From Candidatus Hydrogenedentota bacterium (GTDB lineage: Bacteria > Hydrogenedentota > Hydrogenedentia > Hydrogenedentales > SLHB01): DNA of 19,565 bases. The notes beneath the pieces were generated by a model. It was not told the origin of the DNA and searched no databases. It was given only the letters and a program-made list of their open reading frames with translations. Position 1 is the first letter of the stretch, and every line of letters begins with the position of its first letter. Positions 8,754 to 15,864 of the stretch are shown piece by piece. The DNA is taken from assembly GCA_034408725.1 (NCBI GenBank), contig JAWXCN010000214.1:1-19565 (forward strand), in the 5' to 3' direction. A program made the translations under genes and the position numbers.

Positions 8754-9938
8754 TCAGGGTTGAAACGCCAGGCGGCTGTTAAGGTCCGTATCAAACAGGA
8801 ACGGCATGCTCCAATCCGCGCTGGTGATCCTCACAATCGAATCGAAGATGTCGCCGTTGAGCGCCGTTACGCCAAAACCAATGTCAGCCCCTTTGATTGA
8901 TCCGGAAATCGTTCCAACGGTCTCGGCTGTATTGGTAATATTGAAAGATGTGCTGCCAAATATTCCACGGAGCAATTCGCCGCCGTTGTTCAGGGTTCCG
9001 GTTGTGAGTGACGCCACGAAACCTTGGGGCAGATTACCAAGTTGAATATCTACGATATCCACGGTTTCGCTTTGAAACCCGACGAGAAGCACGACGCACA
9101 TGAAGATGGGTTCAAACGTAAGCGTACCGGCGTGGCGTCCCGTGAATTCCGAGTCGTCGTCCGCCTTGATGGGAATGCTTTCTCCGTTGTATGCGATGGC
9201 GCCGCCGTAAACGCACGCGTTCGCGAGACCGAAGCCGGGCACGGATTCGGATAGGAACGGATAGCGCGAGCCCTCTTCCATTTTGAACGCATCGGCTTCG
9301 AGCACACTTCGCGAAAGCGCGCGAAACGACAATGTGTCGTCCAGAAAAGGTTCAAGTTCGTCAACGATTCCATTCGCCACCGAAGGGCGATCAAAAAACC
9401 CGACGAACTGCGAGAACCGGATTTGATGGCCGGCAAAATCATCGGCGCCGAGCCTTGGAAAGTTGAAGCTGGCCGCCGAAGGCGCGCCGGGCACTTCGGT
9501 AGCCGTGTTCACCGGCCGGTATTCCAACGTAAAGAATGCGTTTTCATCGAGCAGTATATCGAACGCCACGCTGTCGGCCGTCGTCGTATCATCGTCGATG
9601 GTGTCTTCGTCTTCCGCGGTCAAGACGACGGTAATCGGTCCGGTAAACTCAAACGCGAAAGTCCGATCCCCCAGTTCGAGGGGGGCGGGCTGGCTGATCG
9701 AGATGCCCTGAAATAACAGGCTGAGGCCCTGAATATTCTGCGATTTAAGCAGCTCTGGATTTTCGTAGTCCCAGGAAATTTGGATTTGGTCGCCGGCGTT
9801 TGCCCGGCTTTGCGTCAATGTTATGTTTGTGAATTTCAGTTCCGGATTTGGGGTGAAGGTACCACTGTTGTCCGGGCAACTTGTCAAGAAAACAAGCATC
9901 ACCGACGAAACGATTTGGTGGACGAACCGGGTACGCAT
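8754..9938 (-). CDS. Hypothetical acidic lipoprotein (394 aa)
   Basis: ATG9938 is preceded by a strong SD (GGAGG, 9950-9946). Signal peptide II with lipobox: MRTRFVHQIVSSVMLVF-LTS-C. The mature part is beta-rich and acidic. The 149-codon upstream extension in the ORF track is not protein-like. Confidence 0.8.
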   Translation of the reverse strand: MRTRFVHQIVSSVMLVFLTSCPDNSGTFTPNPELKFTNITLTQSRANAGDQIQISWDYENPELLKSQNIQGLSLLFQGISISQPAPLELGDRTFAFEFTGPITVVLTAEDEDTIDDDTTTADSVAFDILLDENAFFTLEYRPVNTATEVPGAPSAASFNFPRLGADDFAGHQIRFSQFVGFFDRPSVANGIVDELEPFLDDTLSFRALSRSVLEADAFKMEEGSRYPFLSESVPGFGLANACVYGGAIAYNGESIPIKADDDSEFTGRHAGTLTFEPIFMCVVLLVGFQSETVDIVDIQLGNLPQGFVASLTTGTLNNGGELLRGIFGSTSFNITNTAETVGTISGSIKGADIGFGVTALNGDIFDSIVRITSADWSMPFLFDTDLNSRLAFQP

Positions 9939-10165
9939 GTACGACCCTCCATGGATGAGACGATATCGAAAAGCGACAGATCGAAAAAAAGCGGCGTTGC
10001 ACAGTAACAACCAGGCGGCACGGTATATGCCCGTGATGGACGAATCGGGGAATCCGGCCCGAATAGTATTACACAAATCCGGGAACTTTGATACCCGGGG
10101 GCGCCGTAGTCCCGCACGGCAAGGGGAGACCAATTGTGATAAACAGCCAAAGCGGCACCTTGGGG

Positions 10166-10274
10166 GCCGCCGCAGTCCAAATAGGCTTCTTGTTAAGTCG
10201 TGGTTTTTGGGGAAGGACAATTTGGGTAGAGGACTAAGTCGTTTTGGGTGGAGGACTATTTGGACTGCGGTGGC
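10166..10274. repeat. 19-bp inverted repeat enclosing degenerate direct repeats
   Basis: GCCGCCGCAGTCCAAATAG (10166-10184) vs CTATTTGGACTGCGGTGGC (10256-10274): 18/19 match, inner 15 bp perfect. The interior has three TTTGGG-N-AGGAC units and two copies of TAAGTCGT. Confidence 0.75.
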
Positions 10275-10386
10275 GGAGCGGGTAGCGCAGACACCGCTTT
10301 GGCTGTTTAGGGGCGATGACTTCGTGCGCGCACGCACAACAAGCGCACGAATACACTGCGTCGTCGACGTCGAGGTCGCGCGCACG

Positions 10387-10416
10387 TTGAATTGATCCTC
10401 ATTTGGTTACTATACT
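10387..10416 (+). promoter_or_regulatory. Sigma70-type promoter of tRNA-Leu
   Basis: TTGAAT (10387-10392), 18-nt spacer, TATACT (10411-10416), ending 10 nt upstream of the tRNA 5' end. Confidence 0.65.
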
Positions 10417-10426
10417 CCCCGCTTGT

Positions 10427-10513
10427 GCCGGGGTGGCGAAACTGGCAGACGCGCCGGACTCAAAATCCGGTTCCCGCAAGGGAGTGGGGGTTCGATTCCC
10501 TTCCCCGGCACCA
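10427..10513 (+). tRNA. tRNA-Leu (anticodon CAA), 87 nt, CCA encoded
   Basis: Acceptor stem GCCGGGG/CCCCGGC + A + CCA. D-arm GGCGAAACTGGCAGACGC. Anticodon arm CCGGA-CTCAAAA-TCCGG (CAA at 10461-10463). Long variable arm TTCCC-GCAA-GGGAG. T-loop TTCGATT. Confidence 0.97.
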
Positions 10514-10531
10514 TGTTCTAACTGTTGAAGT

Positions 10532-10564
10532 CGCCGTAGCACTGGTTGTTGCGGCGCCTTTTTT
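10532..10564 (+). terminator. Rho-independent terminator after tRNA-Leu
   Basis: Stem CGCCGTAGCA/TGTTGCGGCG (10 bp including 2 G-U pairs), loop CTGGT, then CC and T6. Confidence 0.7.
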
Positions 10565-10591
10565 CGTACCTGAAACCGAAGGGATGACACC

Positions 10592-11599
10592 ATGCTTACC
10601 TTCACCGCCATTCCACGCTATTCCGCGCTCGTAATCTTGCTTGTCTCTTCATCATACGCACTGGCGGACGAACTCGCGCGCAGAGATGTCGAGTTGAACT
10701 ATTCCGCCGTGCTGGAAAACATTCCGGAGAACGCGAAGTCGATCGACCTCTGGTTGCCCGTCGCGCAGGACTGCGACGGCCAGACCGTGTCCGCAGTCAC
10801 CGTCTCGTATCCGGACGGTGGTGTCATCGATGTTGAACCAATCTACGGCAACAGAATCTGGCACAAGCGTTTCGACGCCCCATTCGACGACGATCTCCAA
10901 GACGGCAAACTCGGCGCGGAGATACGCTTTCACATCCACCGCACCGAAATCGCCGTGGCCGAAGCAAAATCACTCGCGGACAAACCCAAGGCAGATACCC
11001 AATTGGCGGCGTACCTCGGCGAGAATAATCTGATCCCCATCGCAACGGAACCGATTAAGGCGATTGCTTCCGAATTGCAGCTTGCAAAGGACCCGCCCAT
11101 TGTCGCCGCGCGCAAGACCTATGACTGGCTTATCAACCAGTTCACCTACAACTACAAAGCGCCAGGCGCGGGCATCGGCGACGTGCGTTGGGCCTGCGAC
11201 GCAAAAACTGGCGATTGCAGCGACTACCATTCGATGTTCATCGCGGTCATGCGCAACCAGGGCATTCCCGCCGACCACGAATTTGGGTTCCCGATTCGCG
11301 GCAAGGCGAGTGAAGGCCGGATTCTCTATCATCTTTGCTGGGCGAGGTTCTACGTCGAAGGCGTTGGGTGGATTCCGCTGGATGCCTCCGAAGCGGACAA
11401 GCATCCCGAACTTCGCGAATACAATTTCGGGTCGCAATCTGCCGATCTGCTCAAGTTCACGCATGGCCGCGACGTGATACTCGTTCCAAAGCAGGCCGGA
11501 CCGCCGTTGAACAAGTTCATCCATCCCTATGCGGAAATCGATGGCGCGCCCGTCGAGAAAGTGGGTTGGTCGGTGACCTTCAAAAACCTGCAAAATTGA
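10592..11599 (+). CDS. Exported transglutaminase-like domain protein
   Basis: Signal peptide ending SSSYALA. Motifs IDLWLPV, YGNR, ARKTYDW, GIGD, GDCSDYHSMFIAVMRNQGIPA (catalytic Cys region), CWARFYVEGVGWIPLDASEA and HGRD. Confidence 0.88.
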   Translation: MLTFTAIPRYSALVILLVSSSYALADELARRDVELNYSAVLENIPENAKSIDLWLPVAQDCDGQTVSAVTVSYPDGGVIDVEPIYGNRIWHKRFDAPFDDDLQDGKLGAEIRFHIHRTEIAVAEAKSLADKPKADTQLAAYLGENNLIPIATEPIKAIASELQLAKDPPIVAARKTYDWLINQFTYNYKAPGAGIGDVRWACDAKTGDCSDYHSMFIAVMRNQGIPADHEFGFPIRGKASEGRILYHLCWARFYVEGVGWIPLDASEADKHPELREYNFGSQSADLLKFTHGRDVILVPKQAGPPLNKFIHPYAEIDGAPVEKVGWSVTFKNLQN

Positions 11600-11615
11600 T
11601 CAACGGAGAATCGCG

Positions 11616-11671
11616 ACGGGTAGGATGTCAGCGTTCTCTATGTCTAATTTGATGGGCTACCCGTAGTTTTT
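11616..11671 (+). terminator. GTAG/CTAC-bounded hairpin followed by T5; possible terminator or REP remnant
   Basis: ACGGGTAG (11616-11623) and CTACCCGT (11657-11664) are perfectly complementary. The stem extends inward to about 16 bp with 2 mismatches and G-U pairs, and is followed by AGTTTTT. Confidence 0.4.
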
Positions 11672-11782
11672 GCATCTTTGTCCTCCTTCGACGAACGAAA
11701 TCCAGTAGCTTGCGTTATTTCCTGGTCATGCGGAATGATTTGGCGTTGTATAGTGTTTAGCCGCAACAGGAGTAATAGGCCG

Positions 11783-12166
11783 ATGACAGCTGCACCAATT
11801 CGGCTTCTAATAGCCGATGACAATCGATCGATGCGGGAAAGTATCATCAGGCTCGTCGGTCAGACACCCGATATTCGCGCGGTGGATGAAGCCTGCGACG
11901 GCATGAGCGTACTCGAAAAAGCGCGCGCACAGCATTTCGATCTGGTTCTTCTCGATATTACGATGCCTGGCAAAAATGGTCTCGACGTCCTTCGGGAGTT
12001 GAAGCAAGAATTGCCGGAATTGCCTGTGCTCATGCTCACAATCCACCCGCCCGAGGACTATAAGAGTACCGCGATGTCGCTCGGCGCAGTCGGATACGTG
12101 CCGAAATACCGCGCCGCGGACGACCTGATTGACGAAGTGCGTCGCGCGGTGGGACGTACCTCTTAA
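11783..12166 (+). CDS. Single-domain response regulator (NarL-type receiver, no output domain), 127 aa
   Basis: IRLLIADD, DLVLLDITMPGKNGLDVL (phospho-Asp), VLMLT, GAVGYVPK. SD AGGAG at 11768-11772 supports ATG11783 over the ORF-track start at 11678. Confidence 0.88.
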   Translation: MTAAPIRLLIADDNRSMRESIIRLVGQTPDIRAVDEACDGMSVLEKARAQHFDLVLLDITMPGKNGLDVLRELKQELPELPVLMLTIHPPEDYKSTAMSLGAVGYVPKYRAADDLIDEVRRAVGRTS

Positions 12167-13014
12167 CGCGGCAACGGGCCGAATCCGTCCTCGGCTAGTC
12201 CGGAATCCTGGAGTTTCCCGCAGGCCCACAACACCCCTCGCGTGACCAGATCAAGGTACCGTTCATCTTCCACCGTTTCATTATTGTGTCCGATGGTCGT
12301 CGAAAAAACGCGGGCCTTTTTATCGCCGTACTCATTTGTCCAGACCACCGCGGCCTCGGTGAAGTTTGGCCGATCGTTCGGTTCCTGGCTTCCACGCGCC
12401 AGCACTGTCACCCCATCGCGCACGACGATGTTGTTGTACAGCTCTTCCTTGATCGTCGTCCAATTCGACAGTCCCGCCACCGCCGGGTGCGACTTGTCTT
12501 GGAACACGATCGCAATCGGCTTCTGCGGGCCGTGTCCGGCGGACTGAACGCCAAGGAAATCAAACCAAAGCGATTCGCCGGTACCGGGTTGTGTCGCCAC
12601 CTTGACGTCCGCGGCGGTTCGATAACTGTGCATCGCGCAATGCAGGTTTACCGCGGGAATTCCAGCGCGATGCGGCGCAAGCACGCCTTCGACAACCGCG
12701 CGGTCCTTGATGTCCGAAGAACATTCGTCGTGGATGACTACGTCATAGCCGTCCGCGTACTTGGGATTTCCATAAATCGGCAGCGGCGGGGCGGTGCTTT
12801 TGTCATCTGAAAAAATAACGTCCACGTCTATATTCGCGCGCTCCTCGATTCCTGCCTCAAGCAAGTCCTTCTGCGCGGAGTAATCGTGGCAGCATCCGCC
12901 AATAACCAGCAGCGCGCGCAATGGTATGGGCGCATCGGCGGCGTATGCCGGCGCCGTGACACCGCCGCCAACAAGAGCGAGAGCTACGAAAGGCGCAAAC
13001 AATCGATTGGACAT
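12163..13014 (-). CDS. Exported ThuA-like domain protein (class I glutamine amidotransferase-like fold)
   Basis: Signal peptide ending APAYA. Motifs LLVIGGCCHDY, YDVVIHDEC, VNLHCAMHSY, HP, EELY, VVWTN, RVFSTTIGH and RGVLWA. Confidence 0.85.
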   Translation of the reverse strand: MSNRLFAPFVALALVGGGVTAPAYAADAPIPLRALLVIGGCCHDYSAQKDLLEAGIEERANIDVDVIFSDDKSTAPPLPIYGNPKYADGYDVVIHDECSSDIKDRAVVEGVLAPHRAGIPAVNLHCAMHSYRTAADVKVATQPGTGESLWFDFLGVQSAGHGPQKPIAIVFQDKSHPAVAGLSNWTTIKEELYNNIVVRDGVTVLARGSQEPNDRPNFTEAAVVWTNEYGDKKARVFSTTIGHNNETVEDERYLDLVTRGVLWACGKLQDSGLAEDGFGPLPR

Positions 13015-13147
13015 GTTGAGGTTCCCGTTTTATCACACGGCAAACTTTAATGGCCCACCATCGAAGCCCGCCGGTGTGTCGCCCGGTCAGTATGCCGGAT
13101 TTCGTATTTCGCGCGCGACTTTCATAAGCGCCACCGCGCGCAAAAAA

Positions 13148-14500
13148 CTACGGAGCAGCGCAAAGGCTGTTCAGATAATTCTCAAGGTTTGTATAGCCAC
13201 CAGAAATAACGTTCCGGTCATCGGGATTCTTTGGATCGAGATTGCTCGACACTTCCCACGCGTCCGGCATTCCGTCTTGGTCGGTGTCCACCGGCGTAGC
13301 GGCGGATGCAAGCACGGGCCAGCCACCTGCATCATCCTGCGAGTCCAGCAGCGAGCCTGTCCTGTTGCGCACGGCTTCAATCACGCGATCATCAACCGCA
13401 TCGCGCTTGTGCGACGCGCCCGCCCCCCGCAACACGAGGTCGTACGCGTCGTTCGCGGGCTGCGTCTCCGGCATGTTGGCGCCGAGGTCATAAGGGGCGG
13501 TAACTTTCCAGTCATCGACAGTACCCGCGTATTTGTAGCCCGTACCCGGCCGCGTGAGCCAGGTCACAAAATCCATTGCGGAATAGTTGTCCGCTGTCCA
13601 GCCATCGTTGCCTTCGAACACATTTCCGCTCATGTGTCCGTGCGCCTTGTCAGGCAGGTTGGCCTTCATGGCGACAGGCCCGCGCGCCGGATCGGTTTCC
13701 GGTCCGGGGCGGAAATAATTGTTCACCAGATTGACCTGGTTATCGCAAACGTTTGCTGCGCCACGCCAGTTATAAATCACGTTGTTGCGAAAATCGATGA
13801 TCCATTGCGGGTCTTGCACGGACCCGCCAATGGTGGGGTGGCGGTCGCGGCTCGTTGCGAACAGGTTGTGGTGCACCGTCATGTTGCTCAGCGGCGCGCG
13901 GAACGATGCGCACATCGCATGCCCACCGTCGGGATGAATGCTGTTGTGAAGCGCCTCGCTTAATATGCTCCATTGCAACGTGTAGTTCATGCAGCCGCGC
14001 GTATCGTGTATTCCGTCTATGGACCAACTCGCCGAAACGTGATCGAGAATGAGGTTGTCGCAATAGTCCGCGGTAATGCAATCCGGCGCGTCATCACCCT
14101 TCTTGTTTTCGTCACCCAGTCGTACGCGCAAATAGCGCACGATGATATGCGACGTCTTCCGAATATGGAGATTGTAGTCGCGGATCGTGATGCCGTCACC
14201 CGGCGCCGACTGACCGGCAATCGTGAGATACGGTTTCTCAATTCGCAACGGGGATTTCAGCGCGATTGTGCCTGACATGTCAAACATAATCGTGCGCGGA
14301 CCGTTCGCCGAATCCACGCCATCGCGCAACGATCCCGGACCGGTATCGTCCAGGTTCGTAACATGATAGACATCACCGCCCCGCCCGCCCAACGCAAACC
14401 GCCCGTAGCCTTCCGCGCCCGGAAACGCAAGCTGCGCCGGCCCGACCGCCTGCGCCGCGAGTGCGACAAACAGGAAAGCTACCATCGCGCGCCAAGGCAA
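13148..14500 (-). CDS. Secreted pectate lyase-like protein (polysaccharide lyase family 1 type beta-helix)
   Basis: AFPGAEGYG..GGRGGDVYHVTNLDDTGPGSLR, TIAGQSAPGDGI, ILDHVSASWSID, HHNLF..RHP, DFRNNVIYNW, VNNYFRPGP, and C-terminal DTDQDGMPDAWE..YTNLENYLN. The start is uncertain (TTG14500 or ATG14485; see findings). Confidence 0.88.
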   Translation of the reverse strand: MPWRAMVAFLFVALAAQAVGPAQLAFPGAEGYGRFALGGRGGDVYHVTNLDDTGPGSLRDGVDSANGPRTIMFDMSGTIALKSPLRIEKPYLTIAGQSAPGDGITIRDYNLHIRKTSHIIVRYLRVRLGDENKKGDDAPDCITADYCDNLILDHVSASWSIDGIHDTRGCMNYTLQWSILSEALHNSIHPDGGHAMCASFRAPLSNMTVHHNLFATSRDRHPTIGGSVQDPQWIIDFRNNVIYNWRGAANVCDNQVNLVNNYFRPGPETDPARGPVAMKANLPDKAHGHMSGNVFEGNDGWTADNYSAMDFVTWLTRPGTGYKYAGTVDDWKVTAPYDLGANMPETQPANDAYDLVLRGAGASHKRDAVDDRVIEAVRNRTGSLLDSQDDAGGWPVLASAATPVDTDQDGMPDAWEVSSNLDPKNPDDRNVISGGYTNLENYLNSLCAAP

Positions 14501-14514
14501 GCCGGCGTCATGGA

Positions 14515-14715
14515 TTATTCCTGCGCGGGCGGCGTTGCGGATTCGCCGCCTTCCTGGGGTTGCTCTGTTGTTCCGTCCGGCGACAACCCCTTTTTCTCCA
14601 ATTTTTTCAACTTCTTTTCTTCTTTTTTGCGTTTCTTTTCCAGGTCCTTCAGACGTTTGTCGCGTTGATAGTTTGTTCGTTGCAATGGACCATCCTTTCC
14701 GGTCGTATTGGGCAT
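14515..14715 (-). CDS. Small Lys-rich hypothetical protein (66 aa)
   Basis: MPNTTGKDGPLQRTNYQRDKRLKDLEKKRKKEEKKLKKLEKKG followed by an acidic/Pro tail. An extended -10 (TGcTACGAT, 14741-14733) lies upstream. The ORF-track extension to 14994 is antisense to the next gene. Confidence 0.68.
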   Translation of the reverse strand: MPNTTGKDGPLQRTNYQRDKRLKDLEKKRKKEEKKLKKLEKKGLSPDGTTEQPQEGGESATPPAQE

Positions 14716-14732
14716 TCGTTTCGATGCCCTGT

Positions 14733-14741
14733 ATCGTAGCA
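14733..14741 (-). promoter_or_regulatory. Putative extended -10 promoter for the small protein / pectate lyase unit
   Basis: TG-C-TACGAT on the minus strand, 17 nt upstream of ATG14715. Confidence 0.4.
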
Positions 14742-14843
14742 TTTTCCCGGGCACGATTGTGCGTCCGGCGCTGGGTAGACTATGGCCGCTGCAATCCAGT
14801 ACGGTTGCGCTCCGCGCTACGAACTGGGGAACGGAGTTCGATG

Positions 14844-15191
14844 ATGCCGACGCCAGTGAGTTCAATGACATGCTTTCTATTTGCTGCCTTTCTCGGCGCG
14901 CTCGGGCAGTTGCTGTACAAATCGGGCGCAGACCGCGCGACAGGCCCGGCAATGTCATACATCGCGAATCCCCGGCTGATCGGCGGCGTCGCATGCTACA
15001 TCAGCGTGATGGTTTTGTTCGTGGCAGCGTTCAAGCGCGGTGGAAGTTTGACTGTCCTGTATCCACTGTACGCAACGACTTTTGTGTGGGCGATGATTCT
15101 TAGTTGGTGGGTTTACAACACACCCATAAGGCCCGTGCACGCCGGGGGCTTTTTGTGCCTCGTGGCGGGTATGTACCTGATGGGAAAATAG
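14844..15191 (+). CDS. Small 4-TM DMT-superfamily transporter (SMR/EamA; ArnE/ArnF flippase-like)
   Basis: 115 aa. Motifs FLGALGQLLYKSG, NPRLIGGVACY, GSLTVLYPLYATTFVW and GGFLCLVAGMYL. GGAG at 14833-14836; ATG14841 is an alternative start. Confidence 0.82.
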   Translation: MPTPVSSMTCFLFAAFLGALGQLLYKSGADRATGPAMSYIANPRLIGGVACYISVMVLFVAAFKRGGSLTVLYPLYATTFVWAMILSWWVYNTPIRPVHAGGFLCLVAGMYLMGK

Positions 15192-15195
15192 GCAA

Positions 15196-15864
15196 ATGGG
15201 CGAAGGCAACGAGCAGATAGACCGGCGCCCCATCGCGTCACGCAATTGGGCGCTGTCACAGCGCACGGCTGACTTGCTGTCGAAAAGTGGCATCTCCGCG
15301 AATGCCATCTCCGTCGGCGGTATGATCTGCGGTATCGCATCAGGAATCGCGTTGGCCGCGACAAGCACTCTTCCCGAATACGCGCGCGCGTTTTGGCTTG
15401 CGGGCGCGGCGTTCGCGCAACTGCGCCTGTTGGCAAACATGTTCGACGGCATGGTCGCGATACAGCGTGGCGAAGCCTCGCCTGTCGGCGAGTTATACAA
15501 CGAAGTTCCAGATCGGATTTCCGACTCGGCCATCTTTATTGGTCTCGGCTACGCCCTCGGCGGAAGCGTTGTGCTCGGGTTTGTTGCCGCGTGTGTCGCA
15601 CTCTTCGTCGCATACGTACGCGCGACTGGCAAGGCAGCCGGCGCGCCCAACGATTTCTGCGGACCTATGGCAAAACAACATCGTATGGCGATAGTCACCT
15701 TCACCGCGCTAGGTTGCGGGTTCGCGCCCGACACGTGGTTGCCCGAATGGCGCGGCTGGGGTATTCCCGCCGCGGCACTTGCAATCATAGCGGCCGGCGG
15801 CGCGTTCACCGCGTTGCGCCGATTAGCGCGCGCAGGTTCCTACCTTCGAAAGCATTCCAGATGA
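15196..15864 (+). CDS. CDP-alcohol phosphatidyltransferase family protein (YnbA-like)
   Basis: ISANAIS, RLLANMFDGMVA-x9-GELYNEVPDRISD (variant of the CDP-alcohol phosphotransferase signature) and GPMAKQHR. Multiple TM helices. Confidence 0.9.
   Translation: MGEGNEQIDRRPIASRNWALSQRTADLLSKSGISANAISVGGMICGIASGIALAATSTLPEYARAFWLAGAAFAQLRLLANMFDGMVAIQRGEASPVGELYNEVPDRISDSAIFIGLGYALGGSVVLGFVAACVALFVAYVRATGKAAGAPNDFCGPMAKQHRMAIVTFTALGCGFAPDTWLPEWRGWGIPAAALAIIAAGGAFTALRRLARAGSYLRKHSR

Noticed and set aside
10195..10270. Internal direct repeats as a mini CRISPR array
   Set aside because: The repeats are about 15 nt, degenerate and nearly adjacent, with no spacer-length unique sequence and no cas genes.
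9939..10385. 149-aa N-terminal extension of the lipoprotein ORF
   Set aside because: The SD and lipoprotein signal point to ATG9938, and the extension runs through repeats and regulatory DNA.
10321..10386. CGTGCGCGCACG palindrome and TTCGTGCGC/GCGCACGAA hairpin upstream of the tRNA promoter
   Set aside because: The stems are short and rich in alternating CG, which is common in this sequence, and nothing independent supports a function.
10427..10513. tRNA-Leu as an integration site for a genomic island
   Set aside because: No integrase is adjacent, I found no duplicate of the tRNA 3' end in the window by eye, and the native terminator is intact.
13030..13110. CACACGGCAAAC resembling the start of a c-di-GMP-I riboswitch
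   Set aside because: It lacks the GAAA-capped stem and GACGCAAAGC core, and lies on the strand opposite the flanking genes.
13107..13147. GCGCGCG/CGCGCGC hairpin after the pectate lyase stop as a terminator
   Set aside because: On the coding (minus) strand the T run precedes the stem rather than following it, so it is not a canonical intrinsic terminator.
12926..13963. Long antisense ORFs (345 aa here; also 810-1760, 2535-3407, 6046-6930, 10970-11593)
   Set aside because: These are shadow frames of well-supported genes, expected in GC-rich DNA, and show no recognisable motifs.
15393..15860. N-terminal extension of the cdsA-like ORF (and 14535-14840 of the transporter ORF)
   Set aside because: Both overlap real neighbouring genes. 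The ATGA coupling at 15861 and the SD before 14844 give better starts.
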